From: Eledone cirrhosa
Lineage: Eukaryota
Assembly: GCA_964016885.1 (NCBI GenBank)
Contig: OZ024740.1
Location: 81,902,001-81,966,000 of the forward strand
DNA: 64,000 bases
Direction: 5' to 3'
This document shows positions 1 to 13,111 of the stretch, in pieces. Under the pieces are notes generated by a model that saw nothing but the letters and a program-made list of their open reading frames with translations, ran no database searches and was not told the DNA's origin. A program made the translations under genes and the position numbers. The number at the start of each line of letters is the position of its first letter. Position 1 is the first letter of the stretch.

Positions 1-361
1 TCAAAAGCTGGAACTTAATTGTCTAGGAAACCATGGTCCAGAAAACCATGTATGAAGCAAGTTCCCTCCTAATAATACATGCATTTTGGGGTTTTGTTTT
101 ACTCGCTTGTGATTCACGATAACTTTATAAAACAATACTGATGCGTAAATATTTTAGCTTTTGGGATGGATCTGATTTAATTTCTAGATATACAAAGGTA
201 ATTTACTGCTGATGGTATCTTTGTATTGTTACGTTTTCGTTGTTGTTACCTTTGTTTTATTTGAAATCCAGGAAGCCTCGATTGCACAAACCAACGATCA
301 AATATATTCCAGTCATAAATATCACGTATTCTTATGCCAGTGTCTAGAGCAGCATCAGTCG

Positions 362-512
362 AGAGTCGGACACCAAGCTTTGCAGCATAGAGTTACGATC
401 TGAGTTCAAATCCCTCCTCAAATCCTTACGGGGGTCAATAAAATAAAGTACCAGTAACGTACTGGATCGATGTAATCGATTTCCCCTCCCCCTTGTGACT
501 ATATTAGAAATC
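362..512 (+). mobile_element. SINE copy (tRNA-derived, internally deleted)
   Basis: B-box-like GAGTTCAAATCCC followed by ATCCTTACGGGGGTCAATAAAATAAAGTACCAGTAA; the same blocks recur at 16292-16462 and 57682-57790. Confidence 0.7.
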
Positions 513-2723
513 ACTTTATGTCAGTGTTTTTAACATAGTTTTTAATTAAAAGAAATGTAGTGAAGTTTCTAATAAAGGTTTCTTTGATGTCCCTTTTATT
601 TACCGACATTTTTTCTGCAAATGAAATTGATTGTATGGTTGCTTTTGTTAAGCAATGTGATGCAATTATAAATTCTCAGGAAAGTGGTTTTAATTGTATA
701 TAATAGAAATCGACGTTTGATGTTTTATATTTGCTGAAGGATGTTTTATATTTGCAAAAGTTATTTCGTTCAATACAAATAATAATAAATTTGCTATACT
801 AAATCAAGTATGGTATTGTAAAAATACATGATTTACATATTACTTTAATTGTTATGGTTGAAGTGGCAGCAGGAAATATTTATAATGTTCTCTAACAGAA
901 TTATCATTAGCTTTGACATCAGCCGGTTAGATTCCAGAAGTCTATTTCTGCATGAGAAAACCTAAGTGGGTTCTATCTGACTGGATTATAGTCTTGTCAG
1001 AACTTGATCAGGAAAGGAATACACATCTTGTGTCCGCTTCAAGATTCGTAACGTAGCTCTACTTAAACGACTCGACTGCAAAGGTCAGTCAAATCTGCGT
1101 AGAAATGCATGCCGTGCCTCATCACTTTTATACTATTTGAAATTTAAGATGTACACCCCTTTCAATAAACAAAAAAGTAAACAACATTTTTATACGGAAG
1201 ATTGTATTGCTTTGTCGACAGAAACAGTGGGATCGCCCTGTGTCAAATAATCAATATTTATCTGTTGACAGACTGGAAATATTATGGTCGTTGTATACGA
1301 AATGGGATCCACTAATCTAGTCAGGATCTGAGTATCCTGATTGTCAACAGTCCAATCAATAGTGCACGGCAGAGTTAAGCTGGAGTTTAGTTGACAAATT
1401 TGCATACATTACAAGTAACTAAAAGATACACATATATCCTTAGACATACATTATATATACTTTCTCTGACACTGCCATATGAAGAATAGAAAGAAGTCAG
1501 ATAGATTCCACTCTTTCCCGGGAAAAGGAATTTGATATAGCAGTTTTATTTACTTTCCTCAGTGAGCCTAAAATGATTGTTTAAAAAAAAAGTGCCTTAA
1601 CATTGAAAGTATATCGAACTTTAGTACAAATCTTCATCCAGAGTTTTAAAATATGACAATTTTAAATACTGAAATCCATGTGTTGCAATGTTCAACATTT
1701 ATATAGAATTTCTAGAACACATCTACATATTTAGAATCCTTCCCTTCCCTTTCTACGATATGCACTTCGAAGGCTATTACGAAATTGATTGAATCTAAAA
1801 CGAAATGTCATTTTATTCAGGATGTTTACTATTTATACATAATAGAGCTATCACAAATTGTATCCTGTCACACGCGTCATATACTATGCATGATCACTAT
1901 TTATGTGATAATCTAATTTACTCGATTAAATGTGTGCTCTGAACATTTGGTTAGGAAGGCTGATAAAATAACTTTGTAGTTAAACGAATCGATTTATTCT
2001 AGATGAATGTAATAAAAAGATTATAAAGTATTCGTTTAAATTCCGATTGAATTAATTAGCATGTGAATAAGGTTTCATAAATAGTTTTGAAAACAGAAAT
2101 AAATTATTGTGAACGTCAGTAAGGTTTCGACCGCATTTTAACGAAAGAATGTGATTATGACCAGAAGAATGGGGTAACGTAACGGATTATAAAGGATACT
2201 GAAACAGTAACTAAAATGGTAAATAAATGAGATAAAACATTATTGCTTTGAATTCCATTTCATATACAGCCTAACTTAATGCATGTTTTAAAGTACTGTT
2301 GTTGCTTGCAGTGACCATATATATCAATCCGTGGCGTCTATAGTGTGACAAGAATATAGTAATAACAAGTATTCTATTGCATTGATGTGCCGAGTATAAT
2401 TATCATCGTGGCCCTAACGTGTATACAACTAGTCCTAGGCATAATACGAATATTTTTGGTGACCTGCAGACTTAAAATCTAAAATAATTGAGCCATTGTG
2501 TGATAATAGGTCGATTATATACATTCAAGTATTTTTCAGAATAATCTGCATTTATTTGATATTTTCTCTGAATCAACTAATGAAGGTCATTTCTTTATTT
2601 GGATATTCATTAGAAACGCACATGAGCTGATTGTTTAAACGATTTCGGAAAACCAGTTCCCAGCATAAAATTTACGATTACACTTTATGGTATTATTTTT
2701 ACTCACCTTCCTTTATCATCATA

Positions 2724-3828
2724 CTAGCATTAAAGCCCGGCGTTGCTCGGGGTCAGTAAGTTACCAAAGTTATGTTGCGCCACCCATTTTATGACATCAC
2801 ATTTTTGTCTGCCAGGCACTGGATGAATGAATTGCAGACGTTGTCTGCCGGAGCAGGAGCTGCACCAGCAGTGATAATTGTAGTTTCGCCTATGGATATT
2901 ATCTTTGTGCAAAGAAGTGTTAAAATTTATGCCAGCCGAACAGCAGAGCCAGCGATGGAGTTGTTCTGAATGGTTGTATAATGTGTGTTTTCTAAATTTA
3001 AGACAATAGGGAGTGGTGTGATATGGGGGAGTGTTAGCTGCTGTTTCTAGCAGGTTTAGTGACCACATAGAGGATATTATTGTGTATAGTAAATGAACTA
3101 ATACTTCTTTCTTTCACGTTCGTTGATAGATGTTTTAAAAAAGATTTATCGTTATTTTTTCGTTGTTGAATAAATTTATCTGTTGCTTTTGAATATGGGG
3201 GAGATTTAGCTGCTGTTTCTAGCAGGTTTAGTGACCTTATAGAGGATATGTTTTCTAAATTTAAGACAGTAGGGAGTAGTGTGATATGGGGGAGAGTTAG
3301 CTGCTGTTTCTAGCAGGTTTAGTGACCTCATAGATGATATTATTGTGTATAGTAAATGAACTGATACTTCTTTCTTCCACGTTCGTTGATAGATGTTTAA
3401 AAAAAGATGTATCGTTATTTTTTTGTTATTGAATAAATGTATCTGTTGTTTTTGAATAATTGTTGTTTCGTGTGAAATGTAATAAGTTCTCTTTGTCATT
3501 GGAGTAAATGAATGTTTGACCGTTCCACACTCAAAAACAAACGTTCTCTCTCTCTCTCCCTCCCACTCTCTCTCTCTCTTAAAGTTTAAGGGGAGTAGAG
3601 AGAGGTAATCAGATTCTATTAGAGGGTAAAAGCGTCATGTATTTAGTTTTGGCGATTATTTCCATAATTGTGGGTGAGTGAAATAAATAGTTGTTGGCCT
3701 ACATTAAACCATTGAGAACATTGTTACAGAATTTGAGTCGAATCGGTTTGAAATTGTGTAAATGTATAAACATGGAACATGCACTCACACACACACAACA
3801 ACAACAATCTGCCTTTTATAGATAATGA
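2724..3828 (-). mobile_element. Non-autonomous Helitron (rolling-circle element)
   Basis: On -: starts A|TC(ATTATCTATAAAA), ends with GC hairpin CCCG-AGCAACGC-CGGG (2736-2751) ~10 nt before terminal CTAG|T; A|T insertion without TSD, canonical Helitron termini; no Rep/helicase ORF. Confidence 0.75.
2985..3460. repeat. ~260-bp tandem duplication inside the Helitron
   Basis: TTTCTAAATTTAAGACA...GTTAGCTGCTGTTTCTAGCAGGTTTAGTGACC block at ~2985 and ~3250, with a partial third copy at ~3195-3248. Confidence 0.9.
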
Positions 3829-4273
3829 TCTATCATAAACACGTGACTGTGCTAATACAAATTTTATAATTTTTAATAAATTATCTGGCTTTGTCTTACA
3901 TATTTTATATCGTGTCTTCATGTATCTTGATTAACACTAATGTGTCACTCGGAGTGTCAAATATATCAAATTTACTATCGCCTCCCCATTTCTACATAAT
4001 GTAATAAGTATATGTGCTGAATCTGAGAACGAGATTCGTGTGTAGTCCAACAGGAAATTCTGATAAAGAATTAATACGATAAGTGACAGTGACTGATATA
4101 TATATATATATATATATATGAAGAAAATGGTAGTTTACTAAAACCGTTACGTAGTGATGTATAAACGTTTAAAGTTAGAAGGCCAGAACAATGCAGGTAT
4201 GGATATAGAATATAAATACAAATGCAAAAGACAGTGCTGACAATTAGTCTTTTATCTTAAATTTATTTGTATA

Positions 4274-4310
4274 TCCTGATATTTCGAGATAATATCTCTT
4301 CTTCTGAAAA
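4274..4310 (-). ncRNA. Minimal type-I hammerhead-like motif in the PLE-1 pLTR (left arm)
   Basis: TTTT-CAGAAGA-A-GAGA TATTA TCTC-GAAA-TA-TC-AGGA; core position 4 is A rather than U. Confidence 0.5.
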
Positions 4311-4766
4311 GTAAAGTGGTTAATCCAGTGTTCTAATTAGCTTGCCAGATCATGCTGACAGGAAGTAGTATAGAAATTCCATTCTATTTCTAATGTCAAA
4401 GAATGAAGGTTAGGTGGATAAAGAGTTGTCTCCCTTTAAAAGGGTTTGGACATGTAATCCTAAGTGCGTGCATGTGTGTGTGAGAGAATACGTGAAGGTG
4501 TACACATGCTTGTGTATGTGCGTGTGTGTGTGTGAGTGTGAGGATATGTTTATATGTAAGTGTGGAGGCTAGATGCTCTATTATGTTAAAACTGGTCTAA
4601 GTGTGTGTATGTGTGTGTGTGTGAGAGAATAAGTAAAGGTGTAAGCGTACGTGTGTGTGTATGTGTGTGTGTGTGTGTGTATGTATGTGTGTGTGTGTCT
4701 GTGTGTGTGTGTGTGTGAGAGTGTGAGAGGATACGTGAAGGTGTAAATGTGGGGCTATGTGTACTA

Positions 4767-5245
4767 TCATGTTAACAATTGGGTGTTGAGTGCTAGTTTG
4801 TTATTGATTGGTGTTTGCGTTTTGTCTATAATTAGTGCTTCTTTAATTCTAAGATTACCGAGGTTTCTTTCCTTAGCTTCTATCCTAACTATTATGTTTG
4901 TGTTGGTGTTTTTGCATTTCACTAGGTGTTTCTTAAATGAGGAAGCGTTAGTGTTGAGGTGTTCTTTTATTCTAATGTGAAGTGGCCTGGTAGTGCTACC
5001 TATGTAGAAATTGCTGCATTTGTCACACTCTAATCTGTATACGATGTATGCCTGGTGACATAGGTCTGTGTCGTCAATGGGGCAGTTGACCAGCGTGCAG
5101 CGGCTGTCTTGTCTGGGGGGGGGGGGTCTCTTGGTTAGCTGTCTGCGTACGGAAGGTCCTGAGTGGGCTAGCTGGATATCAAGTCCCTGCCGTCTGATAG
5201 CCTCGCGGATGGCTGTTGTAGTTTCCTCACTGTAGTTTCGGCAAT
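4767..5245 (-). pseudogene. GIY-YIG endonuclease domain of the inverted PLE-1 arm
   Basis: CHQAYIVYRLECDKCSNFYIGSTTRPLHIRIKEH...KEALII..TPIN (VY-x9-YIG, R, E, N motifs); open in this arm but lacks RT. Confidence 0.9.
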
Positions 5246-5261
5246 GATTCAAGTAAACTAC

Positions 5262-7775
5262 CACTTCCTTCTTTCTTTACGCCTGAGTCAGGCCCAGTTT
5301 ACAACTGTAAACAAACTCTTCCAGCTATCTGAAAGGCGCGCCAAAACCGGCTGCCAAATAAACTTCCTCAAATGGTGCCTGAATAACTAAAAAAAAACTA
5401 TCAAAAACATGCACCTACCTACATGCTTCAAATCACCAGGCTTCAAATGATAACTTAGCTACATACAAAGATTCTGCCTAAGAAAACTCCTACAACACCT
5501 ACACTGCACGCTACAACAACACATACGGACAATTTCCAGCCTAGTACCGCAACTCGCTGAAAACCCAGAACCTCTGCTGAGAGTAATTGCCACCGCTATT
5601 ACAGGTCCTACAACTATCGCTGAGATTACGAGAAAATACGCCTAAAGCAAAAATTTCTCAAATTCAGCACGGCTGACCGTCCTAACCATTACCCAACTCT
5701 AAGCACTAACAGATGCAAACAAGACGATACCAACATCGAACCTAGCGGCGCCCCGACCAACAACACAGCTGACACAAAACAGCTCGTCACAGACTTGACA
5801 GGATCCCTATCCCGTCTTGAACTAGACCTCCTCAGCCTGGGTCCCAAGTTCATATTGAAACAGAGACTGGACAAGTTATGGCTAGACATAGAAACGAATT
5901 TCTATCAGGCCACCTACCAACTAAAATGGATATCGAACCTCGGCAACAACACCACGGAATCTAACACAAGCATATTCCCGATATACCAACTGGACTGCCC
6001 ACTATGTCCACCACTTGCCAACCGCGAGTTAGAAGAAAAACTCTCGAGGCTAAACCATTCAGTATTTAACATCTTACACAAACAGAAGAATATACCCCAA
6101 ACCTATCCAGGATGCAACAATTCTCCCTGAAGAACCTGCGGAATAGGGAACTCATATATTTACTATCCGACAAAGGTAAAGAGTTTTGTGTCATCTCTCA
6201 ACCTAGCTTTTGAACACTTAAGCGACAACAAACTGTATACAGATGTTCCGGACATAACTGCAGCCCAGATAAAAAAACAGGCGAACTCCATCTGGTTCGA
6301 CATCTGTAGAAGAAGACAAACTCCCAAATAAATTTAAGTCCAATTACACCACTAGAAATAGCAGACTGCCCACTTTCTATCATCTCAAGACCCACAAGAA
6401 TAGTACTAAGACACAAATAAGACTCATTATTTCTAGCATAGCAGCGCCTCTATAAAACATTTCTTTGCTCCTCTCCCAGGTCCTCAAGCCTCTACTCTCC
6501 ACCTTTCTTGGACATGTCAGTAGCTCCGACGATCTCATACGTAGACTACATCAACACCAGCCAGAACAACTTAAACTCAATAGATACGCCATTAGCCTCG
6601 ATGCTGTCTCCCTCTACACTACAGTCCCGCTCATCCAGATGTTGATTTATTGACGGACTGTGTGGTCGCCGAAGATGTCCACTGCTACGGCCTCCATCCG
6701 ACGGACATACACCAACTTTTGTCCTTCACAGTGGACAACACATACTTGACCTTCCACCTCCACACATACAGACAGACAACAGGATTACCCATGATATCCA
6801 GCCTATCGGGATGCTGGCCATCACTTATATGAACCAGCTGGAATGCCGAGCCCTCAACACTTGCCATTGCTATACCTTCTTCACCCGAGATGTAGATGAC
6901 ATACTAATCCTTCCATCATCCAGAGAAGTTGCGAATAAAATATAGATGAGAGTCTCCAGCATGGAGTTCAGCAGGGAACACCCCGATGACCGCGGATCCC
7001 TAACCCTATTGGACTTCCAACTCAGGGTAACAGAGGAAGGCGACATAAATAACTGCTTCTATAAAAAAGCTGCCAGCAGAGGCCTGTTCGTCCATTTCGG
7101 ATCAGCCCTCCCACTCGGTGCTAAGTTCGGATACATAAGGAACGATCTGAAACGTACCCGGAACAAATGCACCGACGCAAGAGACCGAGACACACACACC
7201 ACACACTTCCTGGAAGTACTTAAACTGAACGGATACCCGACGTCACCGCGAACCGTGCCAAAAACAACAGAGGACACCACATCCAAGGCACTAACACATG
7301 CTTCCTGAACCTCCCACACTTCAGTGACGAAAGTACAACAGCCATCCGCAAGGCTATCAGAAGAGAGGGACTAGATATCCAGCTAGCCCACTCAGGAGCT
7401 TCCCTACGCGGACAGCTAACCAACAGACACTCCACCAGACAAGAAAATCGCTGCACGCTGGCCAACTGCCCCATCGACGACACAGACCTATGTCACCAAG
7501 CATACGTCGTATACAGTTTAGAGTGCGACTAATGTAGCAATTTCTACATAGGTAGCACCAGCAGACCACTTCACATTATAATAAAAGAACACCTCCACAG
7601 TAATGCTTCCACATTTAAGAAACACCTACAAAAACACCGACAAAATCATAATAGTTAGGATAGAAGCTAAGGAAAGAAACCTCGGCAATCTTAGAATTAA
7701 TGAAGCACTAATTATAGACAAAAGGCAATCACCAATCAATAACAGATTAGAACTCAACACCCAATGTTTAACATG
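5262..7775 (+). pseudogene. PLE-1 RT + GIY-YIG ORF, frameshifted and stop-interrupted
   Basis: Fragments LLSLGPKF, SDKG, ISLDAVSLYTTVP, YRQTTGLPM, RDVDD (degenerate YVDD), LTLLDF, FYKKAASRGLFVHFGSALP, then FYIGST. Confidence 0.9.
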
Positions 7776-8161
7776 ATAGAGCAACTAGCCCCCTTCACTT
7801 ACACCTCCATGTATCCTCTAACACTCACACACAATCACGCTTACACCTTTACTTATTCTCTCTCACAAACACACATACACACACTTAGATCAGTTTTAAC
7901 ATGATAGTGCATCTAGCCGCCACACCTACATATAAATATATCTTCTCTCACACACACACACGCATGCATACACCATCACGTATTCTATCACACACACATA
8001 CACACACTTAGACATACATGCCCAAACCCTTTTAAAGGGAGACATCTCTTTATCCACCTAACCTTCACTCTTTGACATTAGAAAAAAATGGAATTTCTAT
8101 ACTACTTCCTGTCAGCATTAATTGGCAAGCTAATTAGAACACTGGATTAACTCCTTTACTT

Positions 8162-8198
8162 TCCTCAGAAGAAGAGATATTCTCTCGAAATATCAGAA
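8162..8198 (+). ncRNA. Minimal type-I hammerhead-like motif in the PLE-1 pLTR (right arm)
   Basis: TCCT-CAGAAGA-A-GAGA TATTC TCTC-GAAA-TA-TC-AGAA; consensus with the left arm gives stem I TCCT/AGGA. Confidence 0.5.
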
Positions 8199-8305
8199 TA
8201 TACAAATAAATTTAAGGTAAAAGACTAATTGTCATCGCTATCTTTTGCATTTGTATTTATATTCTATATCCATACCTGCATTGTTCTGGCCTTCTAACTT
8301 CAGAC

Positions 8306-8362
<57 letters not shown>

Positions 8363-8365
<3 letters not shown>

Positions 8366-9130
8366 AGAAATTTCGTATTTCTAAAGAAACTCGGTTTTAG
8401 GAAGCTATGCAAACACAGGGGCTAACGCCCTCTGGTGGTGTCCAGCAGAAGCATAGGGGACAACCATCTATGCATTTCAGGCTTTACTGGCCTTCATCGT
8501 GACAATCCCTCCCACCGCTTGCAATTGCTGGACCTGAGAACAGTCGAGGATATATACTTTTCTCGTCTGTGTAAATGAGGTGATTAATCTCATGTGCATA
8601 TAAAGCTGCATAAGTTGGCTCAACTTAGAATAGAAATATTATTTCGCTTCAAGCATAGCTTTCTACAAATATGTATATAAATTTCGTATTTCTAAAGAAA
8701 CACTGATTTAGGAAGCCGTAGCTATGCAAACACAGGGGCTAACGCCCTCTGGTGGTGTCCAGCGATTTCTATTCTAATATAAGTATAACTTACAATAGAA
8801 TAGAAATACTATTTCTATTCTATTATAAGTTGAGCCAACTTATGCAGCTTCATATGCAAATGAGATTAATCATCTCATTTATATAGACGAGAAAACTATA
8901 TATTCTCGACTGTTTTCAAGTGCAGCAGTAGCAAGCTGTGTGACGGACCGTCCAGACGAAGGCCAGTCAAGCCTGAAATGCATAGACCCTTGAACCCTTG
9001 CCTCTTCTGGACACCACCAGAGGGCGTTAGCCCCTGTGTTTGCATAGCTACGGCTTCCTAAAACCGTATTTCTTTAAAAATACGAAATTTCGATACATAT
9101 ATATATAAAGCTATGCTTGAAGCGAAATCC
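8363..9130. mobile_element. ~310-bp non-coding unit in tandem (1.3 copies) plus an inverted copy; retrozyme / non-autonomous PLE-like
   Basis: Unit 8363-8672, partial repeat 8673-8763, reverse-complement copy ~8810-9130; each full unit has a hammerhead-like motif; (TA)n flanks. Confidence 0.7.
8950..8987 (+). ncRNA. Minimal hammerhead-like motif in the 310-bp unit
   Basis: GTC-CAGACGA-AGGC CAGTCAA GCCT-GAAA-TGCA-TA-GAC; sister copy on - at 8463-8506 reads ATTGTC-ACGATGA-AGGC..GCCT-GAAA-TGCA-TA-GATGGT. Confidence 0.6.
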
Positions 9131-9239
9131 TATTTATATATATATGAAAAGATTCGGGACACCGACGGCTGAGCTCCGCCGTTTCCACTACTCCAAGTAT
9201 CGAAACTCTGGTAAGTTATGGTTTTTTTACCACACCCTA

Positions 9240-9272
<33 letters not shown>

Positions 9273-9349
9273 ACGAAGGAAATGTGGTAAGGAACCAAGT
9301 GGACCATAACGCACCAAGGTACTCAATACTTAGGGTAGTAGAGTGGATA

Positions 9350-9477
9350 ATAGGAACGAGTAGGACCCTGACGGCTGAGCTCAAGCCGTTTCGACGGCTA
9401 ATTCTGGACTAAATTTAGTCCAGAATTATCCGTCGTAACGGCTTGAGCTCAGCCGTCGGGGTCCTACTCGTTCCTAT
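9350..9477. repeat. 128-bp spacer-less palindrome
   Basis: 64-bp arms centred on CTAAA|TTTAG (9413/9414) with 3 mismatches. Confidence 0.95.
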
Positions 9478-9679
9478 ATATATATATATATATATATATA
9501 AGTTAAAACAATGAAATAAAAAAATCAAGTCATTAGAAATATACTTCACTGCTTTACCGTGGATATCTCTCTGTGTGTGTATATATATATGTACATACCT
9601 ACCCCCCACTCTCCTGAGCGTGAAATTAATAAACATTTATTGTACTGCCTCTCTGTTTTGTCCCTGTTCAAATTTTTCC

Positions 9680-9719
<40 letters not shown>

Positions 9720-11994
9720 TGTTTTCCTACTATTTCAAGTATTAAACAACATATAAACATACAAGGTTTTGCCTAAATGTCCTTTATTGGGAAATTATTA
9801 TACTCACAATACAACAGTTGTCTCTATGAATGAAATTTGTATTAATCTATATGTCCGTTCTCTCCAAATGACAATCTCTCCGTTATCTAGGTTATTCTAC
9901 TAACATATATGGATTTACTGAAGTAGACTATCAAATAGTTTCTTGTTTTTCGCAGATTTTTATTGATTTAATATATTCCTAACGACTCGTGTGCATACAT
10001 ATTTGTGTGAGTATATTATAGCAATTCAATCACAATATTTAACTGGGATTTTATTTGTCTATCGTAAATTTAAATATCAATGTTGGCGGATATCACTAAA
10101 ATATTAACTCGAATGACTGCTACTGGGTTTATACATCGGTCAAAATACACGATGGCATTCACTTCTCAGCGCAAAGGTTTCAACTTCTTATTCCCGGGGC
10201 ACATCCTAGATACAGTTTCAAGTTATGGGTTTATATGTTTCCACTTTTTCATTTTCCGGCTTTTTCCTCACTGGCACAGTTTCTTTTTTGTCATTTAACT
10301 GTGTTAATAAAACCTGTCAGAATGTCGCTTTAAATTGACCTTGGCCTATGAAACCTAATTAGATACTGCATTTTCCACATTCTAATAATGATAATAGTGG
10401 TAAACAAAACAGGGTAATATATACAGAGAAACTCAAACTATTGTTCATCGCTTTTACCTTTATCCAATTAATAATAAAAATGAATGATTAGAAAGATGAG
10501 TAGAATCTTAATTCATATATGCCATACAGTTTTCCTAGTTTTATGTGCTGTAGGGGTAGTAATAGAAATGTAATAATGTGTCACGAAACAAGAAGAAATC
10601 TGCAAATATAGAAAAAAATGACTATAAATAAGATTGAGAGAAATGTTAATCTTCCTCTTAGAAGTAAAACCAAAAACGTAAATTATATTTTAACATATGA
10701 CACGAGTCAATCAAATCCCTGACACATGTGCCGTGCTTATTTTAGAGCTAAATTTGTAACGGAAATATTGGTTGCTAATTTGATAAAAATTTATATATAT
10801 CAGATATAACAAAACTATACCGGAAAATATATCTGAATGAGTGAACATGACAACATTTATGTGTTCCTTTGACCTTCAAGTCATAACAGCCCTAAAATTA
10901 CATTCTACCACTTTAAAATATTATTCTATATGAATTGTAATTGTAAAATATAACATAGCCGTGGTCAAGCCTGAAATAATTCTTGAATTGTTGGTCTATT
11001 CCATCAGAGCAAACAGCTACAATGAATCTGTGCCAGCTTAACATAATTTCTTAGTGCCAAACAAAGACAAAAGCATAACATGTAAAGTATTAGTGAGATT
11101 ATAGAATACATTGATGATTTGAAATGTCGTGAGTATTAGAGGCAACATTAACATTAAAACAATATATATGATGACTCGACTAGAATATATAAAGGAAAAA
11201 CGAATAAAATGACAAATATAGATATATCGATTGGCTATCAATTTTCTTTACTATCTATTCATCTACAGATTAGTGGAGATAGATAGAATGAATTACGTGA
11301 CCTTTAACCGATCCGAGATACCACGGGTGCTAAACAAAAAGAAAACACACAACCACAAATACTAAAAAAAGCTAAAAATAGCAAGACAATTACAAATTCT
11401 AGAACAAGAAAAGCACACATACATACTTCCCAACAGCACGCGGTGCAGCAAGGATTATTAATTTATGGATTCATAGTAAAAGTAAACAAAAACAAAAAGG
11501 GACTTGGATCAATTTTACGGGAAGGGGGCAGCTGGAAACCCCTGGTTTGATTCGAACTGAAATATATGAAGGCACATTCAAGATGCTCTTTAGATGGATC
11601 AGTTGGCAGAAATTTAATATTCAGCACTATGTTGCAACTGGGCGTCGGTCGGTTAAATAGTAGCACTCCGAAATCGGCTAGAAATCACGTCCACCTATTT
11701 AACTACATCAGGTCATTTGATTACGATGTTGAAGCTATCATTGAAACGAAGATTTCAGAAACGTAATTCAGGGTACACTAACTAGACTCCTGCGATGTGT
11801 ACACATATTTCAGTCGGCATGGACTATTTAGAATGGCAGGATTCTTCCGGAGATAAGAAAATCCATGCGTGTGTACTATTTTCCTGACTCCGTAGCTAAA
11901 GCTTCCATTCCTAAATTTAGGTTTAACTTTTTTAATGTTAAATTTTAATATATTTTCGTCACATTTCACTGATTAATCATAATGATTAGTCACA

Positions 11995-13020
11995 TCATGA
12001 TATTGTCAATCCTAGACGCACGCTGAGATTGTGTGGGAGTAGATGTCAGGTGCGGAAGGAGGTGATAAATCCTCAAGTACTAGATCACCCAGTTACAGCT
12101 GTCTGACAGTTTCCGACTAGATCTCCCGAGTGCACCAGTGTGGACCAGGACATAGGTTCAGGTAGATCGTATATAGATAGTTTTTTCGTTAGGTCAGCAG
12201 ATACGGATAGTATAAGCTGTTCCCATTTTCGAATGGTCATTTATATAGATCTTAAACTTGTTATCTGTATGGTTGACCTAAATAGAACATGTAGGCTAGG
12301 ACCTGATTACTGAAGCTAAACTTGTCATTCCCGGCGCATAAAGACTAAGGACACCGGGTAACCCCACTAGTTAAGAGTAATTTGACACGGGGGTCGTCAA
12401 CAATAGGTGGCAGGGTACTCTTAAGAGAGAACTTGGAGTAGTTTCAATAGCTTTTAGCAAAGAAGTAGCGATAGAAAAAGAGAAATAAGTGAGTGTGCGC
12501 AGCTAACAGCTAAATTAGATGTGGGGTTTAGAATTGGCATTGCAGCTGAAGTGTTTGTGGAGAGAATGGCATTTAAACTTTTCTGCAATGCAAAAGACAT
12601 AGGCTGCAATGCCATGGCTAAAGCGGTTGCTCTAAGAAACGAGGGAATGGAAGCAGTTCGGTAAGTATGATTGGCAGAGGTGAACCATAGTAACAAAATC
12701 ACGATTCGGTCTTGGACGGACCGGAATGAGCGGGTGCTGAACGATTCCAGGTGGACATGTGCAGCGTTTTGCCAGCAATGTGCTCTGCTGTTCGTGGGGC
12801 GCGGAAACGGTTGTGGATTTCAATTTCTACTTCGACGGCCAGTCGCAACTCTTGCCAGCTGATGCACAGTGTTGCGATAAGCCGATAACATCAGCCGAAA
12901 TTCAAGGTGTAAACTTTCATAATCCCGAGCAAATCTACAATCTACACGTCATGCGACAGATCATAGAGCTTTACGTTCTCAATTCAAATCCCACCGACAT
13001 CCTGATTTGTCTTTCATCGT
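11995..13020 (+). pseudogene. Old Tx1/L1-clade ORF2 relic (APE C-terminus to RT start)
   Basis: Colinear with 29760-31040 (CTAGACGCACGCTGAGATTGTGTGGG, TACTGAAGCTAAAC, CCDKPITSAEIQ, NLHVMR); many lesions. Confidence 0.8.
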
Positions 13021-13111
13021 TGCGGATAAAATAAAGTTAGTCACGTACTGTGGTCGATATAATCGACCTTTCTCCTTCTCATTGTTGGCGGTTTGCATAA
13101 ATTGGAAAACA

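Larger units (their letters stand above)
4120..8308 (+). mobile_element. Penelope-like element (PLE-1) with ~1.1-kb inverted 3' end at its 5' side, inserted in (TA)n
   Basis: 4145-5245 is the reverse complement (diverged) of ~7305-8308; RT and GIY-YIG remnants in between; (TA)n on both flanks; the pLTR extension AGTAAACTACCA matches the ORF start region at ~5250. Confidence 0.9.

Noticed and set aside
1190-1405. 71-aa ORF on - as a possible host exon
   Set aside because: The best acceptor (TCTTTTAG near 1420) leads to stops in all three frames, no family is recognisable and no partner exons were found
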